Notes under the pieces: generated by a model
Databases searched by the model: none
The model's input: only the letters and a program-made list of their open reading frames with translations
What the model was told of the DNA's origin: nothing
Made by a program: the position numbers and the translations under genes
DNA from: Burkholderiales bacterium
GTDB taxonomy: Bacteria; Pseudomonadota; Gammaproteobacteria; Burkholderiales; Ga0077523
Direction: 5' to 3'
Assembly (NCBI GenBank): GCA_044339985.1
Contig: JBIIUM010000003.1
Coordinates: forward strand, 1 to 62,189
DNA: 62,189 bases
Shown here: piece by piece, positions 31,254 through 40,744 of the stretch
Position numbering within the stretch: the first letter of the stretch is position 1
Layout: the number at the start of each line of letters is the position of its first letter

Positions 31254-32804
31254 ATGGCCAGAACCCCTCTGCTGTACGCCCTGCAGCGCATCGCCCGCGC
31301 GTGCGCCCGGGACACATCGTCCGGACAACTCGCGCCCGCCCGGCGCCGCTTCCTGGCGGGCGGGGCAGCCCTCGGTGCCATGGCGGCCGCGCCCGGTTGG
31401 GCAGCCGCCGCGGCGAGGGCTGCCGCACCGCGCATTGCCGTGGTGGGCGCCGGGCTGGCGGGCCTTACTGCGGCGTGGGCTCTGCGCCGGGCCGGCCTCG
31501 ACTGCGCTGTCTACGAGGGGGCGCAGCGAGTGGGCGGCCGCTGCTACACCGAGCGCTCGGCCTTCGACCAGCAGCAGGTGGCCGAACGCGGCGGCGAGTT
31601 CATCGACTCGGTGCACGCGGAGATCATCGCGCTGTGCCGCGCACTGGACCTGCAGCTGGATGACGTGCTCGCCGCCGAGGCGCCCGGCACCGCGCCGCTC
31701 ACCTGGCTTGACGGTGCCGCCTACACCCCGGAGGAGGCGACGCGGGATTTCCAGCCCGTGCATCGCGTGGTCCAGCGCCAGGCCAGAGCCGTGGGCGAGG
31801 ACTACGGCTACCGCGGCGCGAGCAAGGCCGCTCGCGCCCTCGATGGCATCAGCGTGGCTCAGTGGATCGATCGCCACGTGCCCGGCGGGCGCGCCTCGCG
31901 CCTGGGGCGTGCGCTGGACAATGCCTACACCGAGGAATTCGCGGCAGACACCACCTGGATCTCGGCCGTGAGCATCGTCGCAACGCTGGCTGTCTCCGAG
32001 GCCGACCGCTTCGAGCCCTATGCCGGTTCCGACCAGCGCTATCACGTGCGCGGCGGGAACGACCGCATGGTGGCGCGGCTGGAGGCCGAACTGGGCAGCC
32101 CCGTGACCACCGGCACCCGGCTCATGGGGCTGGAACGGATCGGCGGCGCTCGGCTGCGGCTCACGCTGCGCGATACCGGTGGCGAGCGCGCCGAGGCATT
32201 CGACCGGGTCATCCTGGCTCTGCCCTTCTCGACGCTGCAGGACCTGGATCTGTCCCGGGCGGGCTTCCGGCCGCTCAAACTGCGTGCCATCCGCGAACTG
32301 CCCATGGGCGCCAGCACCAAGCTGCAATTACAGTTTCGCGATCGCTTCTGGAACGCCCGGGGCAACAACGGCGTGGTGGTGATGGACGCCGCACCCTTCC
32401 ACAGCACCTGGGAGCCCACCCGCGCACAACCGGGTGAGGCGGGGATCCTCAACTTCTGGAGTGGCGGCAGTCTGGCCTTCGTGGCCGGCACGGGCCCGGC
32501 GAGGTCTCTCGCCCCCCGCGCGGCGGAAGCGTTGGCCCGAGCGCTACCCGGCGCAACCGAGGCCTGGAACGGCCGCGCGATCCGCGACGCCTGGAGCGAC
32601 AATCCCTGGAGCCGCGGCTCCTATGCCTACTACCCGGTGGGCTACGCCACCTCGGTGCTGGGCATCGAGCCCGAGCCTGAAGGCCACTGCCACTTCGCGG
32701 GCGAACACACGTCTCTGCGCTGGCAGGGTTTCCTGAACGGCGCGGTGGAAAGCGGACTCAGGGCAGCCCAGGAAGTGCTGCGGGCAGTCGTTGCGTCGCG
32801 CTGA
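31254..32804 (+). CDS. Flavin monoamine oxidase / L-amino-acid oxidase family protein with twin-arginine motif
   Basis: ARRRFL; VVGAGLAGL, RVGGR, ERGGEFI, HFAGEHTS..QGFLNGAVESGLRAA. Confidence 0.9.
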   Translation: MARTPLLYALQRIARACARDTSSGQLAPARRRFLAGGAALGAMAAAPGWAAAAARAAAPRIAVVGAGLAGLTAAWALRRAGLDCAVYEGAQRVGGRCYTERSAFDQQQVAERGGEFIDSVHAEIIALCRALDLQLDDVLAAEAPGTAPLTWLDGAAYTPEEATRDFQPVHRVVQRQARAVGEDYGYRGASKAARALDGISVAQWIDRHVPGGRASRLGRALDNAYTEEFAADTTWISAVSIVATLAVSEADRFEPYAGSDQRYHVRGGNDRMVARLEAELGSPVTTGTRLMGLERIGGARLRLTLRDTGGERAEAFDRVILALPFSTLQDLDLSRAGFRPLKLRAIRELPMGASTKLQLQFRDRFWNARGNNGVVVMDAAPFHSTWEPTRAQPGEAGILNFWSGGSLAFVAGTGPARSLAPRAAEALARALPGATEAWNGRAIRDAWSDNPWSRGSYAYYPVGYATSVLGIEPEPEGHCHFAGEHTSLRWQGFLNGAVESGLRAAQEVLRAVVASR

Positions 32805-32834
32805 GCCCGTCCGCCAGCCCGCCGGCCCGAGCCA

Positions 32835-33332
32835 CTAGCTACGGCGTACGCGCGCCTTTCTCGGCGGCGCGGGCGGTGCCAGCGGCAGTTGCTCATCCTT
32901 GAGGGTGCGCAGCACGAAACTCGACTTGCTGTGGCGAATGCCGGGAATGCGGTAGAGCTTCTCGCGCAGCAAGCGCTCATAGTCGCGCGTGTCGCGCACG
33001 GCGATGCGCAGCAGATAATCGTAATCGCCGGAGATCAGTTCCGCCTCCAGCACCTCCGGAATCGCGGCCAGTTCCCGGGCGAAGGCATCCAGCGTGTCCT
33101 CGGTGTGGCTTTCCAGCGTCACCTGCACGATCACCTGTTCGGCGAAACCCACGGCGTGCGGGTCCACCCGCACGGTGTAGCCCTGGATCACGCCCTCGCG
33201 CTCCATGCGTTTGATGCGGTTCCAGCAAGGCGTGGACGACAGGCCCACCTGCTCGCTGATGGTCTGGATGCTGGCACGGGCGTCGCGCTGCAGGGCCGCC
33301 AGGATGGCATGGTCGAATCTGTCGAGTTCCAT
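32835..33332 (-). CDS. Lrp/AsnC transcriptional regulator
   Basis: LDRFDHAILAALQRDAR, VGLSSTPCWNRIKRME, SGDYDYLL. Confidence 0.95.
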   Translation of the reverse strand: MELDRFDHAILAALQRDARASIQTISEQVGLSSTPCWNRIKRMEREGVIQGYTVRVDPHAVGFAEQVIVQVTLESHTEDTLDAFARELAAIPEVLEAELISGDYDYLLRIAVRDTRDYERLLREKLYRIPGIRHSKSSFVLRTLKDEQLPLAPPAPPRKARVRRS

Positions 33333-33352
33333 TCTATTTGGAATCCATTTTT

Positions 33353-33367
33353 CAGAATGTTTTTCTA
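33353..33367. promoter_or_regulatory. Lrp-box-like site in divergent AT-rich promoter
   Basis: CAGAATGTTTTTCTA, one mismatch to YAGHAWATTWTDCTR. Confidence 0.45.
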
Positions 33368-33434
33368 ACTATAGCGGTTTTATGCAGAACTTTTGGAGAC
33401 TTTTTCCCCTTGGTGGCGACTAGACTCTCACGCC

Positions 33435-35219
33435 ATGGAAACGTTGCTGCCGCCACCGCTGCGCCCCCGCCCCATGCCGGCAGTGCCGCGCGCCGCCGCG
33501 CCGGGTGCGGCGCCCGCCGCGAACGGCGCCGAGCGGCTGCTCGACACCCTGGCGGACCTGGGCGTCGAAGTGATCTTCGGTTACCCCGGCGGCGCCGTGC
33601 TGCCCATCTACGATGCCCTGCACGGCGAGCGGCGCATCCGCCACGTGCTGGTGCGCCACGAGCAGGCTGCGGTGCACGCCGCCGAGGGCTACGCCCGCAG
33701 CACCGGCCGTCCTGGCGTGGTGCTGGTCACCTCGGGGCCGGGCATGAGCAATGCCACCACCGGCCTGCTGGACGCGCTGTGCGATTCCATTCCGCTGGTG
33801 TGCATCAGCGGCCAGGTGTCCTCGGCGCTCATCGGCACCGATGCCTTCCAGGAGTGCGATGCCCTGGGTATCTCGCGCCCAGTCACCAAGTGGAATGCCC
33901 AGGTACGCGCGGCGGCCGAGGTGGAGCCGCTGGTGCGCAAGGCCTTCGCGGTGGCCACCGAGGGCCGGCCCGGGCCGGTGTTGCTGGACTTTCCCAAGGA
34001 TCATCAACTGGCACCCTGTCCGCCCGAGCCCGCTACGTTGCGCCCAGTGCCGCGCCGCACCGCCCGACCGCTGCCACGCGCCCGCCTGGAGGAGGCCGCT
34101 GCCCTCATCGCCAACGCCGAGCGCCCCGTGTTCTACGGCGGCGGCGGACTCATCAACTCCGGGCCCGCGGCCTGCGAAGCCTTCACGCGCATCATCCGCC
34201 GCAGCGGCGCGCCCTGCACCCTCACCCTCATGGGCCTCGGCGCCTATCCCGGTGGCGACGGGCAGTTCCTGGGCATGCTCGGCATGCACGGCACCCTGGA
34301 AGCCAACCTCGCCATGCACCACGCCGATCTCATCGTGTGCGTGGGCGCGCGCTTTGACGACCGCGTCACCGGGCGGCTGTCGGACTTCGCGCCGGGGGCC
34401 CGCAAGATCCACCTCGACATCGATGCCGCCTCCATCAACAAGATCGTCAAGGTGGATGTGCCGCTGGCGGGCGACTGTGGTGCCATGCTGGTGGGTCTCG
34501 AAGCGGCGCTGGCGGGCGAACTCCTGCAGCCAGCCCGGCTCGCGCCCTGGTGGCAACGCATCGCCGAGTGGCGTTGCCGCGACAGCCTGGGTTTCGACGA
34601 TAAACCGGGCGCCATCCTGCCGCAGCAGCTGATGGTGATGCTGGGTGCGGCTCTAGAGGGACGCGATGCCATCGTCTCCACCGACGTGGGGCAACACCAG
34701 ATGTGGGCTGCCCAATACCTGCGCTTCGACGGCCCCCACCGCTGGCTGACCTCGGGGGGCGCCGGCACCATGGGCTATGGCCTGCCCGCAGCCATCGGCG
34801 CGCAGATTGCCCACCCCAGTCGCACGGTGGTGTGCGTGTCGGGCGATGCCTCCATCCTGATGAACCTGCAGGAACTGTCCACCGCCATGCAGCACCGCAC
34901 GCCGGTCAAGGTGGTGTTGTGCAACAACGCCCACATGGGCATGGTGCGCCAGTGGCAGTCCATGCATCACGGCGGGCGCCTGTCCCACAGTTACACCGAG
35001 GCCCTGCCCGATTTCGTCGCCGTGGCCCGGGGCTTCGGCTGGGGTGCCGCGCGGGTGGAAGATCCAGCCCACCTGGAGGCCGCCCTGGCCGGTTGCCTGG
35101 CCCACGAGGGCCCCTTCTTCCTCGACGTGGCCGTGGCGCCCGTGGAGGACTGTTTTCCCATGATCCCCGCGGGCGCCGGCCACCACGAGGTGCTGCTGGC
35201 GCCACGAGGCCGCCTCTGA
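33435..35219 (+). CDS. Acetolactate synthase large-subunit-like ThDP enzyme
   Basis: [45 protein letters not shown] ThDP motif, GMVRQWQ; no small subunit adjacent. Confidence 0.9.
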   Translation: METLLPPPLRPRPMPAVPRAAAPGAAPAANGAERLLDTLADLGVEVIFGYPGGAVLPIYDALHGERRIRHVLVRHEQAAVHAAEGYARSTGRPGVVLVTSGPGMSNATTGLLDALCDSIPLVCISGQVSSALIGTDAFQECDALGISRPVTKWNAQVRAAAEVEPLVRKAFAVATEGRPGPVLLDFPKDHQLAPCPPEPATLRPVPRRTARPLPRARLEEAAALIANAERPVFYGGGGLINSGPAACEAFTRIIRRSGAPCTLTLMGLGAYPGGDGQFLGMLGMHGTLEANLAMHHADLIVCVGARFDDRVTGRLSDFAPGARKIHLDIDAASINKIVKVDVPLAGDCGAMLVGLEAALAGELLQPARLAPWWQRIAEWRCRDSLGFDDKPGAILPQQLMVMLGAALEGRDAIVSTDVGQHQMWAAQYLRFDGPHRWLTSGGAGTMGYGLPAAIGAQIAHPSRTVVCVSGDASILMNLQELSTAMQHRTPVKVVLCNNAHMGMVRQWQSMHHGGRLSHSYTEALPDFVAVARGFGWGAARVEDPAHLEAALAGCLAHEGPFFLDVAVAPVEDCFPMIPAGAGHHEVLLAPRGRL

Positions 35220-35348
35220 TGGTGGAGTTCAAGCCGCTCGCACCATAGCAATCGCGCCGCCGGCCCCATCGGACCGGCGGCTCATCGCGGGGGAGTCGCC
35301 CACCCATGGCGATACACCCCTTCCAGCCGGATCCCACAGGAGACCGAC

Positions 35349-38300
35349 ATGCAGGCAGTGACCCTCGAAGACAAGTACCTGGCCGATTCCGGCCGCATCT
35401 ATCTTTCCGGCATCCAGGCGCTGGTGCGGCTGATGCTGGTGCAGAAGCGCCGCGACCGGCTTGCCGGACTCAATACCGCCGGCTTCGTGTCGGGCTATCG
35501 GGGCTCGCCCCTGGGCGGGCTCGACGAAGCGCTGTGGAAGGCCGAGAAGCATCTTGCGGCCCACGACGTGAAGTTCCAGCCCGGGGTGAACGAGGAACTG
35601 GCCGCCACCGCCGTGTGGGGCACCCAGCAGGCCGGCCTGGTGGGCCGCTCGCGTTTCGACGGCGTGTTCGCCCTCTGGTACGGCAAGGGCCCGGGCGTTG
35701 ACCGCTGCGGCGACGTGTTCAAGCACATGAACTTCGCCGGCACCGCCCGACGCGGCGGCGTGCTGCTGGTGGCCGGCGACGATCACAACGCCTACTCCTC
35801 CACCCTGCCGCACCAGAGCGACCACCTGTTCGCTGCCTCCATGATCCCCGTGCTCTACCCCTGCAACGTGCAGGAGTACGTGGAACTGGGCCTGCACGGC
35901 TTCGCCATGTCGCGCTTCTCGGGCTGCGCCGTGGCCTTCAAGGCGCTGGCCGACACGGTGGAGTCCTCGGCCTCCATCGAGGCGCACATCGACGCCCCCC
36001 GCATCCTGCTGCCCGAGGACTTCCCGCTGCCCCCCAGCGGCGTGCACGCCCGCCTGTCCACCGACACGCTGGGCACCCAGGCGCGCAACCAGGAAGCGCT
36101 CATGCAGGACTACAAGATCTACGCCGCCATTGCCTACGCACGTGCCAACCGCCTGAACCGCATCACCGTGGATTCACCGCGCGCGCGGCTGGGCATCGTG
36201 GCCTCGGGCAAGGCCTACATGGACGTGATGGAGGCCCTGGAGGAACTGGGTATCGACGAGCAGGCCGCGGCCCACATCGGCATCCGCGTCTTCAAGGTGG
36301 CCATGCCATGGCCCCTCGAGCCCGAAGGCGTGCGCCAGTTCGCCCGCGGCCTTGAGGAAATCCTGGTGGTGGAGGAGAAGCGGCAGGTGGTGGAGTACCA
36401 GCTCAAGGAGCACCTCTACAACTGGGACCCGGACGTGCGCCCGCGCGTGATCGGCAAGTTCGACGAGCGCGGCGAATGGAATGCCGGCCCCGGCGAGTGG
36501 CTGCTTCCCGCCAAGGGTGACTTCTCCATCGCGCAGATCGCACGGGTGCTTGCCGGGCGCATCGGCCGCTTCCACGACAGCGATGCCATCCGCAGCCGCC
36601 TCGCGCTGCTGGAGTCGAAATCGGACCAGGTGCAAGCCGCCACTGCCGTGCCGGCCCGCCCGGCGTGGTATTGCGCCGGCTGCCCCCACAGCCGCTCCAC
36701 CCGCGTGCCCGAGGGCAGCGTGGCGCTGGCAGGCATCGGCTGCCACGTGATGGCCACTGCCATCTTCCCTGGCCAGAACGTCACCACCACCCAGATGGGC
36801 GGCGAGGGTGCCACCTGGATCGGTGCCGCGCCCTTCTGCGAGCGCGACCACGTGTTCGCCAACCTGGGTGACGGCACCTTCTTCCACTCCGGCCACCTGG
36901 CGCTGCGTGCCGCCGTGGCCGCGGGCGTGAACATCACCTACAAGATCCTCTACAACGACGCCGTGGCCATGACCGGCGGCCAGCCCGTGGACGGCCAGGT
37001 CACCGTGCACGGCATCGCCCGGCAGGTGTCCGCCGAGGGCGTGAAACGCATCGCCCTGGTCACCGAGGACCTGTCGCGCTACGCCGACCGCAGCGGGCTG
37101 CCCGCCGAGGTCACCCTGCATGCGCGCTCCGAGCTGGAAGCCGTACAGCGCGAACTGCGCGGCGTGAAGGGCTGCTCGGTGTTGATCCACGACCAGGTGT
37201 GCGCCGCCGAGAAGCGCCGCCGCCGCAAGAAAGGCGAGTTCCCGGCTGCGCCGGCACGCGCCTTCATCAACGAGGCGGTGTGCGAGGGCTGCGGCGACTG
37301 TGGCGTGGCCTCCAACTGCACCGCGGTGGTGCCGCTGGAGACGCCCGTGGGCCGCAAGCGCGCCATCGACCAGTCTGCCTGCAACCAGGACCTGTCCTGC
37401 GTGCAGGGCTTCTGCCCCAGCTTCGTCACGGTGGAGGGGGCAACGCCGCGGCGCGCCAAGGCGGGCAAGTCCGCCCTCGGCGAGCTGCCTGCGCTGCCCC
37501 AGCCGGGGCTGCCGCCGCTCAACCACGGAACCTGGAACGTGCTGGTCACCGGCATCGGCGGCACTGGCGTGATCACCGTGGGCGCGCTCATGGGTATGGC
37601 CGCGCATCTGGAAGGCAAGGGCGTGTCGGTGCTGGACATGACCGGCATGTCGCAGAAAAACGGCGCGGTCACCTCGCACGTCAAGCTGGCCGCCTCCCCG
37701 GAGCACCTGCGCGCCCAGCGCATCGCCACCGGCGAGGCCGACGTGCTGCTGGGCTGCGACATGCTCACCGCCGGGTCGGCGGACTCGGTGGCCAAGGCGC
37801 GGCCTGGCCGCACCGCCGCCATCATCAACAGCCACGAGCAGCCGCCGGGCAACTTCACGCGCGAGCCTGACTGGCAGTTCCCCCGCGGCGAGATCCGCTC
37901 CCTGCTCCACGAGGCCACAGGCGGCAACGTGCGTCTGGTGGACGCCACCCATCTCGCCACCCGGTTGCTGGGCGATGCCATCGGCGCCAACCTGTTCCTG
38001 CTGGGTTTCGCCTGGCAGCACGGGCTGGTGCCGCTCACCGAAGCCGCGCTGCTGCGCGCCATCGAGTTGAACGGCGTGGCGGTGGAGGCCAACAAGACCG
38101 CCTTCCTGTGGGGCCGTCATGCGGCCGTGGACCCGGCCCGGGTGGAACGCCTGGCAGCGCCGGCGCAACCGGTAACGGTGCACTTCCCCGAGTCCGTGGA
38201 CGCGCTGGTGCGCCGCCACGCCACCTTCCTGGCCGAGTACCAGGACGCGGCCTGGGCTCGGCGCTATACGGACTTCGTGGCCCGCGTGCGCGAGGCCGAA

Positions 38301-38852
38301 TCGCGCCTGCACCGCCGCGACACCCTCACCCGCGCCGTGGCCCGCAACCTGGCCAAGCTCATGAGCTACAAGGACGAATACGAAGTGGCGCGGCTGTACG
38401 CCGACCCCGGCTTCGCGCAGCGCCTGGCCGACACCTTCGAGGGCGCGCCGAAGCTGCGCTTCCATCTGGCCCCGCCCCTGCTGGCCCGCCGTGGCGCCGA
38501 TGGCAGGCTGCAGAAGGCGAGCTACGGCCCCTGGGTGATGTCGGCCTTCAAGGTGCTGGCGCGCTTCAAACGCCTGCGCGGCACGCCCTTCGACCCCTTT
38601 GGCCATACCGGCGAGCGGCGCGGAGAGCGGGCGCTCATCGCCCGCTACCAGGACAGCGTCGGCGCAGCCCTGAGCGCGCTCTCGGAGCGAACCCTGGCCG
38701 CCGCGGTGGAACTGGCGAGCCTGCCAGAGCACATTCGCGGCTTCGGGCATGTGAAGGCCGCGCATCTGGAGAAGGTGCTGCCGCGGTGGGACGCCCTGGA
38801 GACACAACTACGCCAGGGCGGCGCCGCGGCCCGCGAGAGCCGCGCGGCGTAG
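35349..38852 (+). CDS. Fused indolepyruvate:ferredoxin oxidoreductase family protein
   Basis: SGYRGSPLGG, CAGCPH, GDGTFFHSG, CEGCGDC ferredoxin motif, GIGGTGV, YKDEYEVAR. Confidence 0.95.
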   Translation: MQAVTLEDKYLADSGRIYLSGIQALVRLMLVQKRRDRLAGLNTAGFVSGYRGSPLGGLDEALWKAEKHLAAHDVKFQPGVNEELAATAVWGTQQAGLVGRSRFDGVFALWYGKGPGVDRCGDVFKHMNFAGTARRGGVLLVAGDDHNAYSSTLPHQSDHLFAASMIPVLYPCNVQEYVELGLHGFAMSRFSGCAVAFKALADTVESSASIEAHIDAPRILLPEDFPLPPSGVHARLSTDTLGTQARNQEALMQDYKIYAAIAYARANRLNRITVDSPRARLGIVASGKAYMDVMEALEELGIDEQAAAHIGIRVFKVAMPWPLEPEGVRQFARGLEEILVVEEKRQVVEYQLKEHLYNWDPDVRPRVIGKFDERGEWNAGPGEWLLPAKGDFSIAQIARVLAGRIGRFHDSDAIRSRLALLESKSDQVQAATAVPARPAWYCAGCPHSRSTRVPEGSVALAGIGCHVMATAIFPGQNVTTTQMGGEGATWIGAAPFCERDHVFANLGDGTFFHSGHLALRAAVAAGVNITYKILYNDAVAMTGGQPVDGQVTVHGIARQVSAEGVKRIALVTEDLSRYADRSGLPAEVTLHARSELEAVQRELRGVKGCSVLIHDQVCAAEKRRRRKKGEFPAAPARAFINEAVCEGCGDCGVASNCTAVVPLETPVGRKRAIDQSACNQDLSCVQGFCPSFVTVEGATPRRAKAGKSALGELPALPQPGLPPLNHGTWNVLVTGIGGTGVITVGALMGMAAHLEGKGVSVLDMTGMSQKNGAVTSHVKLAASPEHLRAQRIATGEADVLLGCDMLTAGSADSVAKARPGRTAAIINSHEQPPGNFTREPDWQFPRGEIRSLLHEATGGNVRLVDATHLATRLLGDAIGANLFLLGFAWQHGLVPLTEAALLRAIELNGVAVEANKTAFLWGRHAAVDPARVERLAAPAQPVTVHFPESVDALVRRHATFLAEYQDAAWARRYTDFVARVREAESRLHRRDTLTRAVARNLAKLMSYKDEYEVARLYADPGFAQRLADTFEGAPKLRFHLAPPLLARRGADGRLQKASYGPWVMSAFKVLARFKRLRGTPFDPFGHTGERRGERALIARYQDSVGAALSALSERTLAAAVELASLPEHIRGFGHVKAAHLEKVLPRWDALETQLRQGGAAARESRAA

Positions 38853-38861
38853 CGCGCCGCT

Positions 38862-39557
38862 TCAGCGGCCCTGCATCTCCGGGCCGAAGCGATCATCCTC
38901 GATGCGGTAGCGGATCACCTGGTCCACTTCGAACTCTTCCTCGCCCGGCGGAAACACGTACTGCTTGGTGGCCTTGAGCGCCGAGTAGTCGAAGATGCCG
39001 GGCGGGGTGGAGGCAATCACCTCCTGACGGATCACCTTGCCCGCCGGGCTCACGGTGAGGCGCACGCGCACCTCGCCCTCCTGCCCCTGGGTGAGCGCAT
39101 CCTTGGGATACACCGCCGGCACCTTCTTCACCGGAGGCGCCTTCTTGTCCGGCGGCGGCAGGTCGGGCGGGGGCGGTTCCGGCTTGGGCGGCGGCGCGGG
39201 AGGTTCCGGCTCGGGCGGCTTGGGCTCGGGCAGCTTGGGCGGCTCATCGGGCTTCGGCGGCTCCTCCGGCGGCTTGGGCTTGGGCGGCGGCGGCTTGAGC
39301 CTGGGCGGTGCGGGCTCGGGCGGCGGGGGCAGGGGCGGCGGCTCGGGCAGCTTCACGAACTCCACCTTCATGGGCTCGGGCTCCGGGTCGGGCAACAACG
39401 CGCGCCAGTTCACCACCAAGCCCAGCACCACGAGGACCTCCAGCAGCACCGCCACCAGAAGCGCGCGGTGAAACGGCATGAGCCCCCGGGGACGAGCGGG
39501 CGCCTCCGCGCTCGGCGGCGTGCCGCCGCCGGCTTGCAACGGCGCATCGAAGGGCAT
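38862..39557 (-). CDS. tonB: TonB family energy transducer
   Basis: N-terminal TM helix, Pro-rich spacer, YPKDALTQGQEGEV...FDYSAL TonB C-domain. Confidence 0.88.
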   Translation of the reverse strand: MPFDAPLQAGGGTPPSAEAPARPRGLMPFHRALLVAVLLEVLVVLGLVVNWRALLPDPEPEPMKVEFVKLPEPPPLPPPPEPAPPRLKPPPPKPKPPEEPPKPDEPPKLPEPKPPEPEPPAPPPKPEPPPPDLPPPDKKAPPVKKVPAVYPKDALTQGQEGEVRVRLTVSPAGKVIRQEVIASTPPGIFDYSALKATKQYVFPPGEEEFEVDQVIRYRIEDDRFGPEMQGR

Positions 39558-39591
39558 CAGCAGCGCTCCCGGCGCGCCTCGGGGCTGCGGG

Positions 39592-40044
39592 TCACTTGGA
39601 CTTCTGCGCGGGCGCGGCGGCCCCGGCGTTCTCGGGATTCTTCGATGCAGCGATGCCCACCGAGTTGATGTCCTCGGCGCGCACCAGATCCATCACGTCG
39701 AGCAGTTTTTGCAGCGGCACCTCGCGGTCACCCGCGATCACCACTTCCACCTTGCCGCCCTTTTCCTTGGCCTCGCGCAGCCGCGCGGTGAACTCTTCCG
39801 GGGACAGGGGCTTGGCGTTCACATACAGCGCGCCTTCCTTCTTCACCCCCACGGTGATGGTGGTGTCACGCAGCGGCTGGGGCGTTTTCGACTTGGGCAG
39901 CTCGAGGGCGATGCCCGAGCCGACGATGGCGTTGATGGTGATCATGATGAAGAACACCAGCAGGAACATCATGATGTCGATCATGGGAATCACTTCGATG
40001 CGGGCCTTCTCGGTCTGGAGATAGGCCGCGGTGCGCGAGCGCAT
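39592..40044 (-). CDS. exbD: ExbD/TolR family protein
   Basis: IEVIPMIDIMMFLLVFF, IAGDREVP. Confidence 0.9.
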   Translation of the reverse strand: MRSRTAAYLQTEKARIEVIPMIDIMMFLLVFFIMITINAIVGSGIALELPKSKTPQPLRDTTITVGVKKEGALYVNAKPLSPEEFTARLREAKEKGGKVEVVIAGDREVPLQKLLDVMDLVRAEDINSVGIAASKNPENAGAAAPAQKSK

Positions 40045-40047
40045 GGC

Positions 40048-40683
40048 TCAGGCCTCCGCCTTCAGGCCGCCACCGACGAGACGGTTCACCACGGTGATCT
40101 TGATGAGCTCCATCTGCTGCACGCCCAGGCGCACGCGCTTGTTGAAGTAGTTGAGGAACACCAGCCCGACGATGGCGATGAACAGGCCCACGCCCGTGGC
40201 CACCAGCGCCTCGCCGATGCCCCCGGTCACGGACTGGGCACCGGCCGCCGCACCCTCGGCACCGAGCACGTTGAAGGTCTTCACCATGCCGAAGATGGTG
40301 CCCAGCAGCCCCAGCAGCGGGCCGAGGGTGACGGCGGTGTCCAGCACCCACAGGTTGCGGTCCATGGCGGGCACCAGTTCGAGGATTGCCTCGTCCACAT
40401 GACGCTCCATGGCCTCGGCGCTCTCGGCACCGGAGGACAGCGCCGTGTTCACCAGGCCGGTCTGCAGCGCGCCGCCGAAGCGCCGCGCCACGCCGCCCAG
40501 GACCTCGGTATCGCGGTAGGCGGCCCTTTTCAGGTCGCGCTCCATGGCTGCGCCCTGGTTGAGCACGCGGTGGAAAAACCACAGCCGCTCCACCACCACG
40601 GCCAGCGCAAGGGTGAACAGGATCACGAGAGTGGGAATGACGCCCATGGAGAGGCGCGAGAGTTCGAGGAATTTTTCGATCAT
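40048..40683 (-). CDS. exbB: MotA/TolQ/ExbB family protein
   Basis: LDTAVTLGPLLGLLGTIFGM, GIGEALVATGVGL. Confidence 0.9.
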   Translation of the reverse strand: MIEKFLELSRLSMGVIPTLVILFTLALAVVVERLWFFHRVLNQGAAMERDLKRAAYRDTEVLGGVARRFGGALQTGLVNTALSSGAESAEAMERHVDEAILELVPAMDRNLWVLDTAVTLGPLLGLLGTIFGMVKTFNVLGAEGAAAGAQSVTGGIGEALVATGVGLFIAIVGLVFLNYFNKRVRLGVQQMELIKITVVNRLVGGGLKAEA

Positions 40684-40744
40684 CTGGGGAACCGGCGGCT
40701 TTCAGGGGTTGGAGGGCGGTGCGCCGGGCGTGCCGGCGCGGGGA

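Noticed and set aside
36174..38807. 877-aa minus-strand ORF
   Set aside because: Antisense shadow of the IOR gene, typical of high-GC codon bias; no motifs. The same applies to 45251..47827, 48617..50266, 55797..58076 and 17761..19290.
39150..39400. Dense GGC/GGG short repeats
   Set aside because: Explained by the proline-rich TonB spacer; not a CRISPR or other non-coding repeat.
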